Positions 9,331 to 19,130 of a stretch of DNA of 64,000 bases are shown piece by piece. Below the pieces are notes generated by a model. It saw only the letters and a program-made list of their open reading frames with translations. It was not told the origin of the DNA and searched no databases. The translations under genes and the position numbers were made by a program. The number at the start of each line of letters is the position of its first letter. Within the stretch, counting starts at the first letter, position 1. Origin of the DNA: an uncultured Anaerolineaceae bacterium (GTDB lineage: Bacteria > Chloroflexota > Anaerolineae > Aggregatilineales > Aggregatilineaceae); NCBI GenBank assembly GCA_964611395.1, contig CAZSXY010000002.1, forward strand, positions 1,682-65,681. The letters run 5' to 3'.

Positions 9331-10344
9331 TTAGCGAATACCCTGCTCAACCAGGCTGGCCAGGAACTCGACATTATCCTTGTGAGCGAAGCCTGAACCA
9401 GTATTGATATGTAGACCGGAGAACCCATATTGCTTGGTCAGGCAGATCTGGAGAATGGGCAAGTAACCCTGTAGCCACTGCTGCTGGTCGATCACCAGGT
9501 CGGTCCAGCCACCACGAATCGCCTCGACGGTCGCAACCGACAGATCAAAACCGGCAGCATAGATGTCATCCGGCCCCTTGCCTGCAGCGGTCAGATAGGT
9601 TTCCAGGGTGGCGGTCAGTGCGCCATGATCGGTCACAACCAGCTTGACATCCGGGTGCGAGGACACATAACCGGCAAAGGTTGGGGTACCAGCCGCAGCA
9701 TCAGCGTTGGTCGTCGAGTCGATCTCAAGGTAGTCGACAACTACGCCAGCTTCCTCCAGCGCGTCGATCACGCCCTGGGTACGCAGGCCACGAGTCGGCT
9801 GGGACAGCAGTCCCCAGACCATCGCACGGTCGCCTTCTTGAATGCCTGCACGCTTAACCGCTTCCTTCCCCAGCGAATAACCAGCATCATATAGCTCTTG
9901 CCCCACGTAACCGAAGCCCTCACCGAAGTGGTTGGCCTCGATGCGCGGCAGGGTGGTGTTCTGGCTGGTTACGATGATGCCTTGCGCGATAGCGTCTTCG
10001 ATGACCGGCTCGAAGGCATCCTCACCGGGGTGCCCCATGACGGCGATGCCATCCGGCTTGGTCGCGGCAGCCTCAACAAACTGGCGTACCATCTTCTCCG
10101 GGTCCCAGTCGGACCACACGTACTCGACGTTCGGCCCGAGATCCTTCTCGGCCTGCACCGCGCCATTGTACACCACAGAAGCGAACACGCCGCCTGGCGG
10201 GCCACCGGGGAAGAACACGATATCCACTCCGCTGCACCACTTCTCGCCATCCTGAGCAGAAGCGACATCAACGGCTGCAGCCGGAGCCAATACCCAGGCC
10301 ACAATCAGCAAGAAAGCAACAACAACCCACGATTTCTTTAGCAT
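9331..10344 (-). CDS. Sugar ABC transporter periplasmic substrate-binding protein (type I PBP)
   Basis: N-terminal signal/anchor (MLKKSWVVVAFLLIVAWVLAPAAA). Length 337 aa. First gene of the ABC operon, with a PBP-like alternating pattern. Confidence 0.8.
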   Translation of the reverse strand: MLKKSWVVVAFLLIVAWVLAPAAAVDVASAQDGEKWCSGVDIVFFPGGPPGGVFASVVYNGAVQAEKDLGPNVEYVWSDWDPEKMVRQFVEAAATKPDGIAVMGHPGEDAFEPVIEDAIAQGIIVTSQNTTLPRIEANHFGEGFGYVGQELYDAGYSLGKEAVKRAGIQEGDRAMVWGLLSQPTRGLRTQGVIDALEEAGVVVDYLEIDSTTNADAAAGTPTFAGYVSSHPDVKLVVTDHGALTATLETYLTAAGKGPDDIYAAGFDLSVATVEAIRGGWTDLVIDQQQWLQGYLPILQICLTKQYGFSGLHINTGSGFAHKDNVEFLASLVEQGIR

Positions 10345-10537
10345 TTTTCTTTTCCTCCCTAATTAAGAATCAGGTCGATTTCCGATCGTTGATAGTTGGT
10401 TTGGGCAATTGGCGACCATACACCCCCTTTCCGATCTACAGTAGTCAGTGCGGTGAGCAATGCGAGGATAAGCGGATCATTGTTAGCAAAAGAAAGCCAA
10501 CACTCATCGCAAGCCGGGAAGATCCAACGACTCGTTA

Positions 10538-10551
10538 TGTTAGCGCAAACA
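10538..10551. promoter_or_regulatory. Candidate LacI-family operator TGTTAGCGCAAACA
   Basis: 14-nt near-palindrome with a central CG, in the divergent region between the ABC operon and the LacI gene. It shares the 10-mer ATGTTAGCGC with the second site. Confidence 0.45.
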
Positions 10552-10709
10552 CACCCTCAGTATATTACAGCCCTGATTGCAGAGTCAAGTCATCCGAAAG
10601 TTGACGAGCTACGCAAACTTCGTTCGAAGACAACACATCATTCATCCTCAAAAGAGACTTTCTCACCCCGTTCGCCCCGCTTGATTTTGAGAGCAAAAAT
10701 GTGATATGA

Positions 10710-10723
10710 TGTTAGCGCTATCA
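10710..10723. promoter_or_regulatory. Candidate LacI-family operator TGTTAGCGCTATCA
   Basis: Second copy of the near-palindrome, ~30 nt upstream of the likely LacI start codon (10751). Suggests autoregulation. Confidence 0.45.
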
Positions 10724-10750
10724 GATGCGCATTGGGACTTGAACTTGCGA

Positions 10751-11770
10751 ATGACAAAATCCCCTGCACACCGCGTCACGCTCAGCGATGTAGCCCGTCT
10801 GGTCGGGGTTTCATCCCAAACTGTGTCACGTGTGGTCAACAATCACCCCTATGTCTCCGAAGCGACACGCCAGCGCGTTCAAGAGGCCATCCGCGAACTC
10901 GATTACCGCCCCAACCGGGCCGCTCGCAGCCTGGCGACGCGGCGAACGTGTATGCTGGGTATCATCAGTTTTGGCATACACCACTATGGCCCGGCCCAGA
11001 TGATGAATAACATCGAGCAAACCGCCAAGACCAAGGGCTATGGGGTTAGCTTCTCAACGGTTGACACGCTGACGCCCGACGAGTTGCATCGCGCGATGGC
11101 GGCCCTCGGTGAACGTTCCGTTGATGGCATTGTGTTCATCACGCCGGTGACCGGCATCTGTCACAACGACCTCACCGATCTATGCAGCGGTATCCCTTTT
11201 GTCCAGATTGACACAGAACTGTCCGCTCAGGTTCCGTCCGTTGTCATCGATCAACACTACGGTTCGCACCTCGCCACACAACACCTGATTGATCTCGGCC
11301 ACAAGGCAATCTGCGAGATCAGCGGGCCGCTCAACTGGTACGGCGCGCAGGCACGCCACCAAAGCTGGCTTGAAACACTCCATGCCGCCGGGTTGTCACC
11401 GGGCGTATCCGTCGAAGGTGATTGGACCGCACAGAGTGGCTATGAAGCCGCCCGCAAGCTCTTACAAGAAAGGTACGCGTTCACGGCCCTGGTTGTTGGC
11501 AATGACCAGATGGCCCTGGGAGCGATCCGCGCCTTGCGCGAACAAAACTTACACGTGCCCGATGACATTTCAGTCGTCGGTTTTGACGACGTGCCCGAAG
11601 CAGCCTATTACGAGCCACCGCTTACCACGGTGCGGCAAGACTTCGCCGCCCTGGGCAAACAAAGCGTGGACTATCTCACCACCCTGATCAGCAACCCGGA
11701 CACACCGTTACACCAGCGCGTGCTGTACCCGCAGTTCATCGAACGCCAGAGTACGCGCCAATTGGAGTAG
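10751..11770 (+). CDS. LacI-family transcriptional regulator
   Basis: N-terminal HTH VTLSDVARLVGVSSQTVSRVVNN, followed by a PBP-like effector domain. Start moved to 10751 so the HTH sits at the N-terminus as is usual in this family. Confidence 0.9.
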   Translation: MTKSPAHRVTLSDVARLVGVSSQTVSRVVNNHPYVSEATRQRVQEAIRELDYRPNRAARSLATRRTCMLGIISFGIHHYGPAQMMNNIEQTAKTKGYGVSFSTVDTLTPDELHRAMAALGERSVDGIVFITPVTGICHNDLTDLCSGIPFVQIDTELSAQVPSVVIDQHYGSHLATQHLIDLGHKAICEISGPLNWYGAQARHQSWLETLHAAGLSPGVSVEGDWTAQSGYEAARKLLQERYAFTALVVGNDQMALGAIRALREQNLHVPDDISVVGFDDVPEAAYYEPPLTTVRQDFAALGKQSVDYLTTLISNPDTPLHQRVLYPQFIERQSTRQLE

Positions 11771-11896
11771 CATGAACGTTTTAGTGGCGGTGGACGGCCT
11801 GCCCGTCACCGTACCAGTTTTCAAACCGTCACTCCGGCAAGCCCCGGAGAACGGGTTTTGGGCAGCATCAAATGTTTGGTAAGGAGTTTAGTACCG

Positions 11897-13564
11897 ATGA
11901 CAGGCGAAAAATACACCATAGGGGTTGACTTCGGAACCGAATCGGGGCGGGCCGTCGTTGTGCGCGTCAGTGACGGATCCGAGTTGGGGAGCGCGGTATA
12001 CCACTATCCCGATGGCGTGATCGACGACCGGTTGCCAGGCACAGGCGAGAAACTACCGCCTGAATGGGCACTACAGAACCCCGACGATTACATCGGCGTA
12101 TTCAAGCATGCCGTCCCGCAGGCTCTAAAAGCCAGTGGCATAGACCCGGAGGATGTGATCGGCATCGGGGTCGACTTCACCGCGTGCACCATGCTCCCCA
12201 CCCTCGCCGATGGCACGCCGCTGTGTCGTTTACCCGAATGGCGCGGCAATCCGCACGCCTGGGTCAAGCTCTGGAAGCACCATGCAGCACAACCAGAAGC
12301 CGACAAGATCAACGAAACAGCCCAGAAGTTGGGCGAACCCTGGCTAGACCGTTACGGCGGCAAGATTTCATCCGAATGGTTCTTCAGCAAGGTATTGCAA
12401 ATCCTCGATGAAGCGCCCGCAGTCTACCACGCCGCCGACCGGCTGATCGAAGCCGCCGACTGGGTCATCTGGCGGCTTTGCGGAGTCGAAACTCGCAACA
12501 CGTGCACGGCGGGTTACAAAGCCATTTACCAGGATGGTCAATTCCCAGACAAAGACTACCTCGCCGCGCTGCACCCCGAACTGGTGGACGTGATCGAGAA
12601 AAAGATGAAGGCAGAACTCGCGCCGCTTGGTGGCCGCGCGGGCGACCTGACAGAAGAAGCCGCCCAGTGGACGGGGCTGAAGCCGGGCATCGCGGTCGCA
12701 GTCGCCAACGTGGATGCTCATGTGACCGTTCCGGCGGCACAGGTCGTCGAACCGGGACGCATGGTCATGATCATGGGCACCAGCACCTGCCACATGGTTT
12801 TGAGCGACTCGCTGCATGAAGTGCCGGGCATGTGCGGCGTGGTTGAAGGGGGCATCATCCCCGGTCTGTATGGCTATGAAGCCGGGCAGAGCGGCGTTGG
12901 CGACATCTTCGCCTGGTTCGTGAACCATGCCGTCCCGCCGGAATACCATGAAGCGGCCAGGAACGCCGGTATGGATTTGCACCGCTACCTGGAAGCCGAA
13001 GCCGCCAAACAAAAGCCCGGCGAACACGGCTTGCTGGCCCTGGATTGGTGGAACGGCAACCGCTCGGTGCTGGTCGATGTGGACTTGAGCGGCCTGCTCA
13101 TCGGGGCGACCCTCGCCACCCGTGCCCCCGACATTTACCGCGCGTTGATCGAGGCCACCGCATTCGGAACGCGTGTGATCATCGAATCGTTCGAAACCAG
13201 CGGCGTGCCGATCACCGAGCTGGTAGTGGCCGGTGGCCTCCCTGAAAAGAATAAGCTGCTGATGCAAATTTATGCCGACGTCACGGGGCGCGAGTTCCGC
13301 ATCATCGGCAGCGGGCAAGGCCCGGCCCTGGGGAGCGCCATGCACGCCGCGGTGGCCGCTGGCGCTTACCCTGATATTCAGGCAGCGGCCAAAGTAATGG
13401 GCAAATTGAAGGACGAAGTTTACAGGCCCATTCCCGAACACCAGGCCGTCTACGACAAGCTGTATGCCGAGTATGTCATCCTCCACGACTACTTCGGTCG
13501 CGGCGAAAACGATGTCATGAAGCGCCTGCGGGCCATCCGCAACAAGGCACGGGGGATTGATTGA
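11897..13564 (+). CDS. araB: Ribulokinase
   Basis: YTIGVDFGTESGRAVVV N-terminus and FGGY-kinase layout, ~555 aa. AAGGAG RBS at 11881-11886 supports ATG 11897. Confidence 0.85.
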   Translation: MTGEKYTIGVDFGTESGRAVVVRVSDGSELGSAVYHYPDGVIDDRLPGTGEKLPPEWALQNPDDYIGVFKHAVPQALKASGIDPEDVIGIGVDFTACTMLPTLADGTPLCRLPEWRGNPHAWVKLWKHHAAQPEADKINETAQKLGEPWLDRYGGKISSEWFFSKVLQILDEAPAVYHAADRLIEAADWVIWRLCGVETRNTCTAGYKAIYQDGQFPDKDYLAALHPELVDVIEKKMKAELAPLGGRAGDLTEEAAQWTGLKPGIAVAVANVDAHVTVPAAQVVEPGRMVMIMGTSTCHMVLSDSLHEVPGMCGVVEGGIIPGLYGYEAGQSGVGDIFAWFVNHAVPPEYHEAARNAGMDLHRYLEAEAAKQKPGEHGLLALDWWNGNRSVLVDVDLSGLLIGATLATRAPDIYRALIEATAFGTRVIIESFETSGVPITELVVAGGLPEKNKLLMQIYADVTGREFRIIGSGQGPALGSAMHAAVAAGAYPDIQAAAKVMGKLKDEVYRPIPEHQAVYDKLYAEYVILHDYFGRGENDVMKRLRAIRNKARGID

Positions 13565-14223
13565 TGCTGGAAGCACTGCGCAAAGTCGTTGCCGATCTTC
13601 ATGCCGAGCTGCCCAAGAACGGCTTGGTCACCTGGACATCCGGCAACATCAGCGGACGCGACCCCGCAACCGGCCACATTGTGATCAAGCCGAGCGGCCT
13701 GCGGTTTGAGCAACTCGGCCCCGAAAACATGGTCGTGGTCGATGCCAACGCCAACGTGATTGAAGGCGATTACAAACCGTCGTCGGACACAGCCACTCAC
13801 TGTGCCATCTACCGCGAGATGCCGGAAGTCGGCGGCATCGTTCACACGCACAGCCCCTACGCCACCGCCTGGGCAGCCGTCGGGCGAGACATTCCATGCA
13901 TCCTGACCGCGATGGCCGATGAATTCGGCGGTGTCATTCCGTGTGGGGGCTTCGCCCTCATTGGCGGTGAAGAAATCGGGCGTGAGGTCGTGCGCATTCT
14001 CCGCGAAGGCCCAAACCCCAACTCACCGGCAGTGATCATGCAGAACCATGGGGTATTCACCATCGGCCCCACACCACAAGCCGCTGTGAAAGCGGCGGTG
14101 ATGTGCGAAGATGTTGCCCGTACCGTCTTTCTGGCCCACCAGCTTGGCGAACCCATCCCGATCACGCCGGAGAATATCGCGAAACTGCACAAACGTTATA
14201 CCACCGTGTACGGGCAAAGGTGA
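13564..14223 (+). CDS. araD: L-ribulose-5-phosphate 4-epimerase
   Basis: Class II aldolase/epimerase blocks (VTWTSGNISGRD, VIKPSGL, KPSSDTATH, GGIVHTHSPYAT) collinear with E. coli AraD. TGATG stop/start overlap with araB. Confidence 0.9.
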   Translation: MLEALRKVVADLHAELPKNGLVTWTSGNISGRDPATGHIVIKPSGLRFEQLGPENMVVVDANANVIEGDYKPSSDTATHCAIYREMPEVGGIVHTHSPYATAWAAVGRDIPCILTAMADEFGGVIPCGGFALIGGEEIGREVVRILREGPNPNSPAVIMQNHGVFTIGPTPQAAVKAAVMCEDVARTVFLAHQLGEPIPITPENIAKLHKRYTTVYGQR

Positions 14224-14260
14224 TCGAGGCATTTTTCCAAAGATTTAAGGAGCGACCGCG

Positions 14261-15679
14261 ATGAAAAAAGATGTTACGCTGGGTCTTATCGTTGGCAACC
14301 GGGGCTTTTTCCCCAGTCACCTGTGCGAGTCCGGGCGCGAAACCATGCTCAAGGTACTCGAAGAGGAGGGCATCAAGGTCATTACACTCGGCCTAAACGA
14401 TACCGAGTATGGCAGCGTGGAGAGCCTGAGCGACGCACACAAGTGCGCCGAGTTATTCCGCGCGCACCGCGACGAAATCGACGGGATTCTGGTCACGCTG
14501 CCCAATTTTGGGGACGAACGTGGCGTGGCCAACACACTGCGCTTTGCCGGGCTGGACGTGCCGGTGCTCATCCAGGCTTTCCCCGACGACTCGGCCAAAA
14601 TGGACCTCGCATGGCGACGCGATAGTTTCTGTGGCAAGATGTCGGTGTGCAACAACCTGCACCAGTACGACATCCGCTACAGCCTGACGACGCAACACAC
14701 CGTCGATCCCGAAAGCGAAAGCTTCCGCGCCGACCTGCGCAAGTTCGCGGGGGTCTGCCGCGTCGTGCGGGGCATGCGCCGCGCCCGCTTCGGCATGCTA
14801 GGCGCGCGTCCGGTCGCGTTCAACACCGTGCGCTTCAGTGAAAAACTGTTCGAACGCACCGGTATCACTGTCGAAACGCTAGACCTGTCCGAAGCCTTTG
14901 GCCGGATCGGGCGGCTGGCGGATGACGACACGCGCGTGGTGGAAAAACTCAACGCAATCAAAGCCTATGTCAACGCCGCCAAAGTTCCTGCCAAATCCAT
15001 GCTGCGCATCGCCAAGCTGGGCGTCGTGATCGACGAATGGGTACACCATAACGAATACGACGCGACCGCCATCCAGTGCTGGACCAGCATGCAAGAATTC
15101 TTCGGCGTCGTGCCCTGCACCATCATGAGCATGTTGAGCAACAAATTGGCGCCATCGGCGTGCGAAACGGACATCGCCGGAACCGCCGCCATGTACGCCA
15201 TGACGCTGGCGTCAGGCAGGCCCAGCGCCTTGCTCGACTGGAACAACAACTACGGTGATGATCCGAACAAAGGGGTGGTGTTCCACTGCTCAAACCTGCC
15301 CAAGGACGTGTTCGCCGATGATATTCCGGTGCTGGAATATCAGGAAATCATCGCGGGCAGCGTTGGCAAAGATAACACATGGGGCGCGATCTACGGGCGT
15401 ATCAAACCCGACCCCTTCACCTACCTGCGCATCAGCACCGACGACATGAACGGGGAAATCGTGTCCTATGTCGGCGAGGGGCAGTTCACCACCGATCCCA
15501 TCGAAACCTTCGGCGGTTATGGGGTTGTCGAAGTGCCAAACTTCCAGGGATTGCTGCAATACATTTGTGAGAATGGCTTCGAGCACCACGTGGCCGCCAA
15601 TCTCTCCCGCGTTGCCGACATCATTTATGAGGCGTTCACCAAGTATCTTGGCTGGAATGTGTACTATCACAAGGGGTAA
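14261..15679 (+). CDS. L-fucose isomerase-family sugar isomerase, candidate non-canonical L-arabinose isomerase
   Basis: 472 aa, not collinear with canonical AraA. Resembles FucI-like/COG2407-type isomerases by eye. Sits directly after araB-araD. Confidence 0.55.
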   Translation: MKKDVTLGLIVGNRGFFPSHLCESGRETMLKVLEEEGIKVITLGLNDTEYGSVESLSDAHKCAELFRAHRDEIDGILVTLPNFGDERGVANTLRFAGLDVPVLIQAFPDDSAKMDLAWRRDSFCGKMSVCNNLHQYDIRYSLTTQHTVDPESESFRADLRKFAGVCRVVRGMRRARFGMLGARPVAFNTVRFSEKLFERTGITVETLDLSEAFGRIGRLADDDTRVVEKLNAIKAYVNAAKVPAKSMLRIAKLGVVIDEWVHHNEYDATAIQCWTSMQEFFGVVPCTIMSMLSNKLAPSACETDIAGTAAMYAMTLASGRPSALLDWNNNYGDDPNKGVVFHCSNLPKDVFADDIPVLEYQEIIAGSVGKDNTWGAIYGRIKPDPFTYLRISTDDMNGEIVSYVGEGQFTTDPIETFGGYGVVEVPNFQGLLQYICENGFEHHVAANLSRVADIIYEAFTKYLGWNVYYHKG

Positions 15680-15911
15680 GATCGCACCCCGGCATTCGTA
15701 GCGTAAACCGGGCCGGGCTGGCCTTTGATCCAGCCCGTAACCTGCTTGAATTTTTCACATCGCAGATCGGGTGCGGCTGCTCGAAAGGCATGAGCGTCTG
15801 CGCCCGATCGTGCTAAGTGGAACCGGCCTCCGACTTATTGGCAGGCAGGCGGTGATTTGCTATGCTCGTGGCGTTTTGAGCCGGATACCCACCTACCCGA
15901 TCTGATGCACC

Positions 15912-16829
15912 ATGCCTGAACAACGTCCACCATCCACCATCGCAGCCTGGATCGCCGCCGCGCGTCCCCGTACCCTGCCGTTGGCGCTTGCCAGCGTCAT
16001 TTTAGGAACCTTGCTGGCTTATGCTGACGGCGTTGCCAACGGCCCCGTCGCCGCATTGTGTGTGATTACCGCCAGTTTGCTGCAGATATTGTCGAACCTT
16101 GCCAATGATTACGGCGACGCCCTTCACGGTGCCGACCAGACCGGTCGTAAGGGGCCGCGGCGGGCGGTTGCCAGCGGTGATATTTCCCCTCAGGCGATGC
16201 GTGCCGGGCTGGCGGTTACCGTCGCGCTAACCGTGATCGGCGGGGTGGCGCTCGTGGTGATTGCCACGCGCAACAACCCGGCATCGCTCATCCTGTTCGC
16301 CGGTTGGGGAGCGCTCGCCATTGGCGCGGCGCTGGCCTACACCCTGGGCAAACGGCCATACGGCTATCTCGGCCTGGGCGATGTGGCCGTGCTTGTCTTC
16401 TTCGGATGGACGGGGATGCTGGGGACGTATTATCTGCAAGCCCAACGTCTCGATGGGGCGCTCGTCCTGCCAGCCACCAGCGTAGGCTTGCTGGCTGTCG
16501 GCGTTCTGAATCTGAACAACCTGCGTGATATAGACTCGGATCGCCGCGCGGGCAAGCTCACGATTCCGGTGCGCATCGGGCGTACCGGCGCACAATTGTA
16601 CCACAGCATTCTGATTGGTATGGCGCTCCTTCTGACTATTGCTTACGTCGCCCAGCGAAACACCGGCGCGACCGCATGGCTTTTCCTGGTCTGTGTTCCG
16701 TTATTCCTGCACCACGTCATGCGCGTGTGGCACGCCCAGACCTTCCAGGAGCAAATCCGGTTGCTCAAACAGCTATCCATGCTCACGCTTGTATTTGCGG
16801 TCTTGCTGGGAGGCGGGCAAGTTCTCTAA
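15912..16829 (+). CDS. menA: 1,4-dihydroxy-2-naphthoate polyprenyltransferase (UbiA superfamily)
   Basis: Polytopic membrane protein with NLANDYGDALHGAD (NDxxDxxxGxD) and the second Asp-rich region NNLRDIDSD. Confidence 0.8.
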   Translation: MPEQRPPSTIAAWIAAARPRTLPLALASVILGTLLAYADGVANGPVAALCVITASLLQILSNLANDYGDALHGADQTGRKGPRRAVASGDISPQAMRAGLAVTVALTVIGGVALVVIATRNNPASLILFAGWGALAIGAALAYTLGKRPYGYLGLGDVAVLVFFGWTGMLGTYYLQAQRLDGALVLPATSVGLLAVGVLNLNNLRDIDSDRRAGKLTIPVRIGRTGAQLYHSILIGMALLLTIAYVAQRNTGATAWLFLVCVPLFLHHVMRVWHAQTFQEQIRLLKQLSMLTLVFAVLLGGGQVL

Positions 16830-17143
16830 TCCAGTTCAAGACAACACTTCTGGAGCAGCTACGGGTCACCTGGTATACTTTTCACCTGGTGTCCCCTTAC
16901 GGTTGGGTTCAGAGGAACCAACGTGACGATTCTCCCCGCTAAAGCAAGGAGCTTTTCAGGGCACGCTCGGCCACCGGCCCACGTTACGCCCTGAAGGCCC
17001 CGTCCGGGCCTGGAAGCTCTTTCTCTCTTTGGCGCGGTTCCGGTTTTATGCCGCGGTCTTCCCACGACAACCCCCGACCTGAAGGTGTTAAAGAGTCGCG
17101 TCTGGCAGGGTGCTGAGGCTATGCTCCTCCTGATACCAGGGCC

Positions 17144-19105
17144 ATGACCGTATTGAGCGTGAGTATGCCAGAAAGGAGGCAAGCGCCATTCCCCATCCCG
17201 CTAAGCAGGGTGTCCCCTGGCGCAAATTCTATGGAACCGATCGCAATTCTAAAAGTCCTCTTTGGTTTGGCCGTGCTGGTTGGCTGGCCGGGTGTGGTTG
17301 TGGGATGGTTTGGGAATATCCAAAAGCACTTTGACGGATGGCCCCGATTCGCCATCGTGATTGGCACCGGATTTGCCACAACAATCGTTGTCGGCACCCT
17401 CGCCGCAATATTGGGCGTCCCCCCCTGGATCACGATCGTGGCGTTGGTCGCGTTCTGCGCTGCCCTCAGCCTCCGCCACTGGCAGCACGGGTTGCTAAGT
17501 GCATCAAGCTTCCCAGTTCTGACGGGCGCTCGTCTGTCACTCCTGAGTGTGATCGTGTTAATGTTGGTGCTAGTCATCATGATCGACGGTGTACGAACCA
17601 TCGCCCGCCAGCCCGAACCGCTATCCGGAGTCAACGCCGACAGTTGGCACTACATGACCGTCATCCAAGACTATTACAACGACCCCGAACCGTTCAAATT
17701 GCTGGATAGTCCACCTATTATGAGCGTCAACGCACGCTTGTTCGCTAATGGGTGGCTTTACCTCGAATCGATGCTGGTGCAATTCACCGGAGTTGAACTA
17801 ACACACTTTTTCATCAAGTATTACGCCGAGATTCTGCTTCTGCTCTCACTGGTGAGTCTCTACAGCCTTGCTGTGACCCTGGGTCTGCCGAAAGGGCCGG
17901 TTGCGCTACTGGCCACTGGCGCACAGGCTGCATTTTGGTCTAGCCTGTGGCCATCACAATCTTTGCTCCGCCTAAGCGAGGACAAATACGCCGCTGCATT
18001 CGTGCTTTATCCGGTCGCGATCAGCCTGCTGGTCGTCACCATGGAAACACGCAACCACCGCCTACTGGGCCTGGCCGCCCTGTTTTCGTTGGCTACCGCC
18101 ATGATGCATCCGTTGCAGCTTCCGGTCATCCTTGTTGTTTTCCTGCCATACGTCGGATTGAGGTGGTTGCTCACCAGCGATCAGACTGAACGCCGCTGGT
18201 TGCTTCTCTTTGGTACTGTCATCACCGTGCCTATCATCTACACTGCACTAATGCGGATCGCTCTCACCAGCTCTTCTGATTCGATAGAAACAAGGTTGCG
18301 TCATGTTTCGACAATTGCCAGGGCATCTGACTGGCGCGATCCAACTGAACAACGCGTCATGTTACTCAAATGGCAAACGCAGTTGGCACTGGTTCTGCTG
18401 CCAGTAGTCCTAGTCGATGTCTGGAGACGCGCCCGCCGGGGGTTGTATCTTGTGATTTCCGCACTGGTGTTGGGATTCTTCCTGTACACATGGCCAGGTA
18501 CAGCCGTAATGGGCAAACTGGTTACCTTCAACCTGCTGCCACGCCTCACTTACTACTTTTTACTGGGGTTTGTCGTTGTGTGGGGTGGCTATGCCATCGG
18601 GCGGTGGCTTTGGTTGTACACCGGCAAGTCTGAGAGCAGGCAGCATATCCTCTGGCCCATCGCGATGAGTGCCGCAGCCTTGTTCATCGTGGCCTGGATC
18701 ATCTGGCCCCACAGCCACAATCGCACAACAAACGCCCTGAAAGACGATTTCTGGGCCGCTCATGTGGATACGGCCATCGTGGACAGCAGCCGTGTCATCG
18801 TACCCTACACATTCGCCGCCCGCACACCTGTCACCTGGCCTGATGCTGACATTCTCTACTCGCCAAAAGAAAAACGTCTCGCCATTGACGAAAAACTCGG
18901 CATCGAGGAGACACTGACCCTGACCGTGATTCGAGACTTCTACGAGAATCCCACTGCGGAAACGCTCGACATTCTGGTGACCGACTTCTACTTTGACTAT
19001 ATTCTGACCCCCAACGAAGCGGCTTTCGTCGATCTGCTCGTAGCGGATTTCTACACCAACCGCTATGAAAACCCATCTTACGTGCTCTGGGGAACCCAGA
19101 ACTGA
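17144..19105 (+). CDS. Large polytopic membrane protein with C-terminal soluble domain (GT-C-like architecture, unassigned)
   Basis: More than 10 predicted TM helices followed by a ~130-aa hydrophilic tail. No family motif recognised. The start may be at 17231 (MEPIAIL...). Confidence 0.45.
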   Translation: MTVLSVSMPERRQAPFPIPLSRVSPGANSMEPIAILKVLFGLAVLVGWPGVVVGWFGNIQKHFDGWPRFAIVIGTGFATTIVVGTLAAILGVPPWITIVALVAFCAALSLRHWQHGLLSASSFPVLTGARLSLLSVIVLMLVLVIMIDGVRTIARQPEPLSGVNADSWHYMTVIQDYYNDPEPFKLLDSPPIMSVNARLFANGWLYLESMLVQFTGVELTHFFIKYYAEILLLLSLVSLYSLAVTLGLPKGPVALLATGAQAAFWSSLWPSQSLLRLSEDKYAAAFVLYPVAISLLVVTMETRNHRLLGLAALFSLATAMMHPLQLPVILVVFLPYVGLRWLLTSDQTERRWLLLFGTVITVPIIYTALMRIALTSSSDSIETRLRHVSTIARASDWRDPTEQRVMLLKWQTQLALVLLPVVLVDVWRRARRGLYLVISALVLGFFLYTWPGTAVMGKLVTFNLLPRLTYYFLLGFVVVWGGYAIGRWLWLYTGKSESRQHILWPIAMSAAALFIVAWIIWPHSHNRTTNALKDDFWAAHVDTAIVDSSRVIVPYTFAARTPVTWPDADILYSPKEKRLAIDEKLGIEETLTLTVIRDFYENPTAETLDILVTDFYFDYILTPNEAAFVDLLVADFYTNRYENPSYVLWGTQN

Positions 19106-19130
19106 ATCCCATGCCCTGGGAAACCCGCCA

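Noticed and set aside
12368-13576. 402-aa minus-strand ORF overlapping araB, plus many other 60-250-aa ORFs overlapping the called genes throughout the window (e.g. 5052-6083, 6603-7364, 20285-20908, 25014-26327, 49884-50561, 50909-51391).
   Set aside because: These are typical stop-poor alternative frames of GC-rich DNA. Their products are Arg/Ala/Gly/Pro-biased without motifs, and the overlapping frames carry unambiguous family signatures.
16900-17030. Cobalamin riboswitch call for the menA-downstream leader.
   Set aside because: Only scattered core-like fragments are present (AGAGGAACC, GCCACCGG, GAAGGCC). The sequence after the GUGA element has no complement for the expected P4 hairpin, and the B12-box differs. 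It is kept only as an unexplained structured leader.
17105-17145. TPP-riboswitch-like words (GGGTGCTGAGG ... CCTGATACCAGG).
   Set aside because: Far too compressed. It lacks the P3 arm and the pyrophosphate-sensing helix, so it is most likely coincidence.
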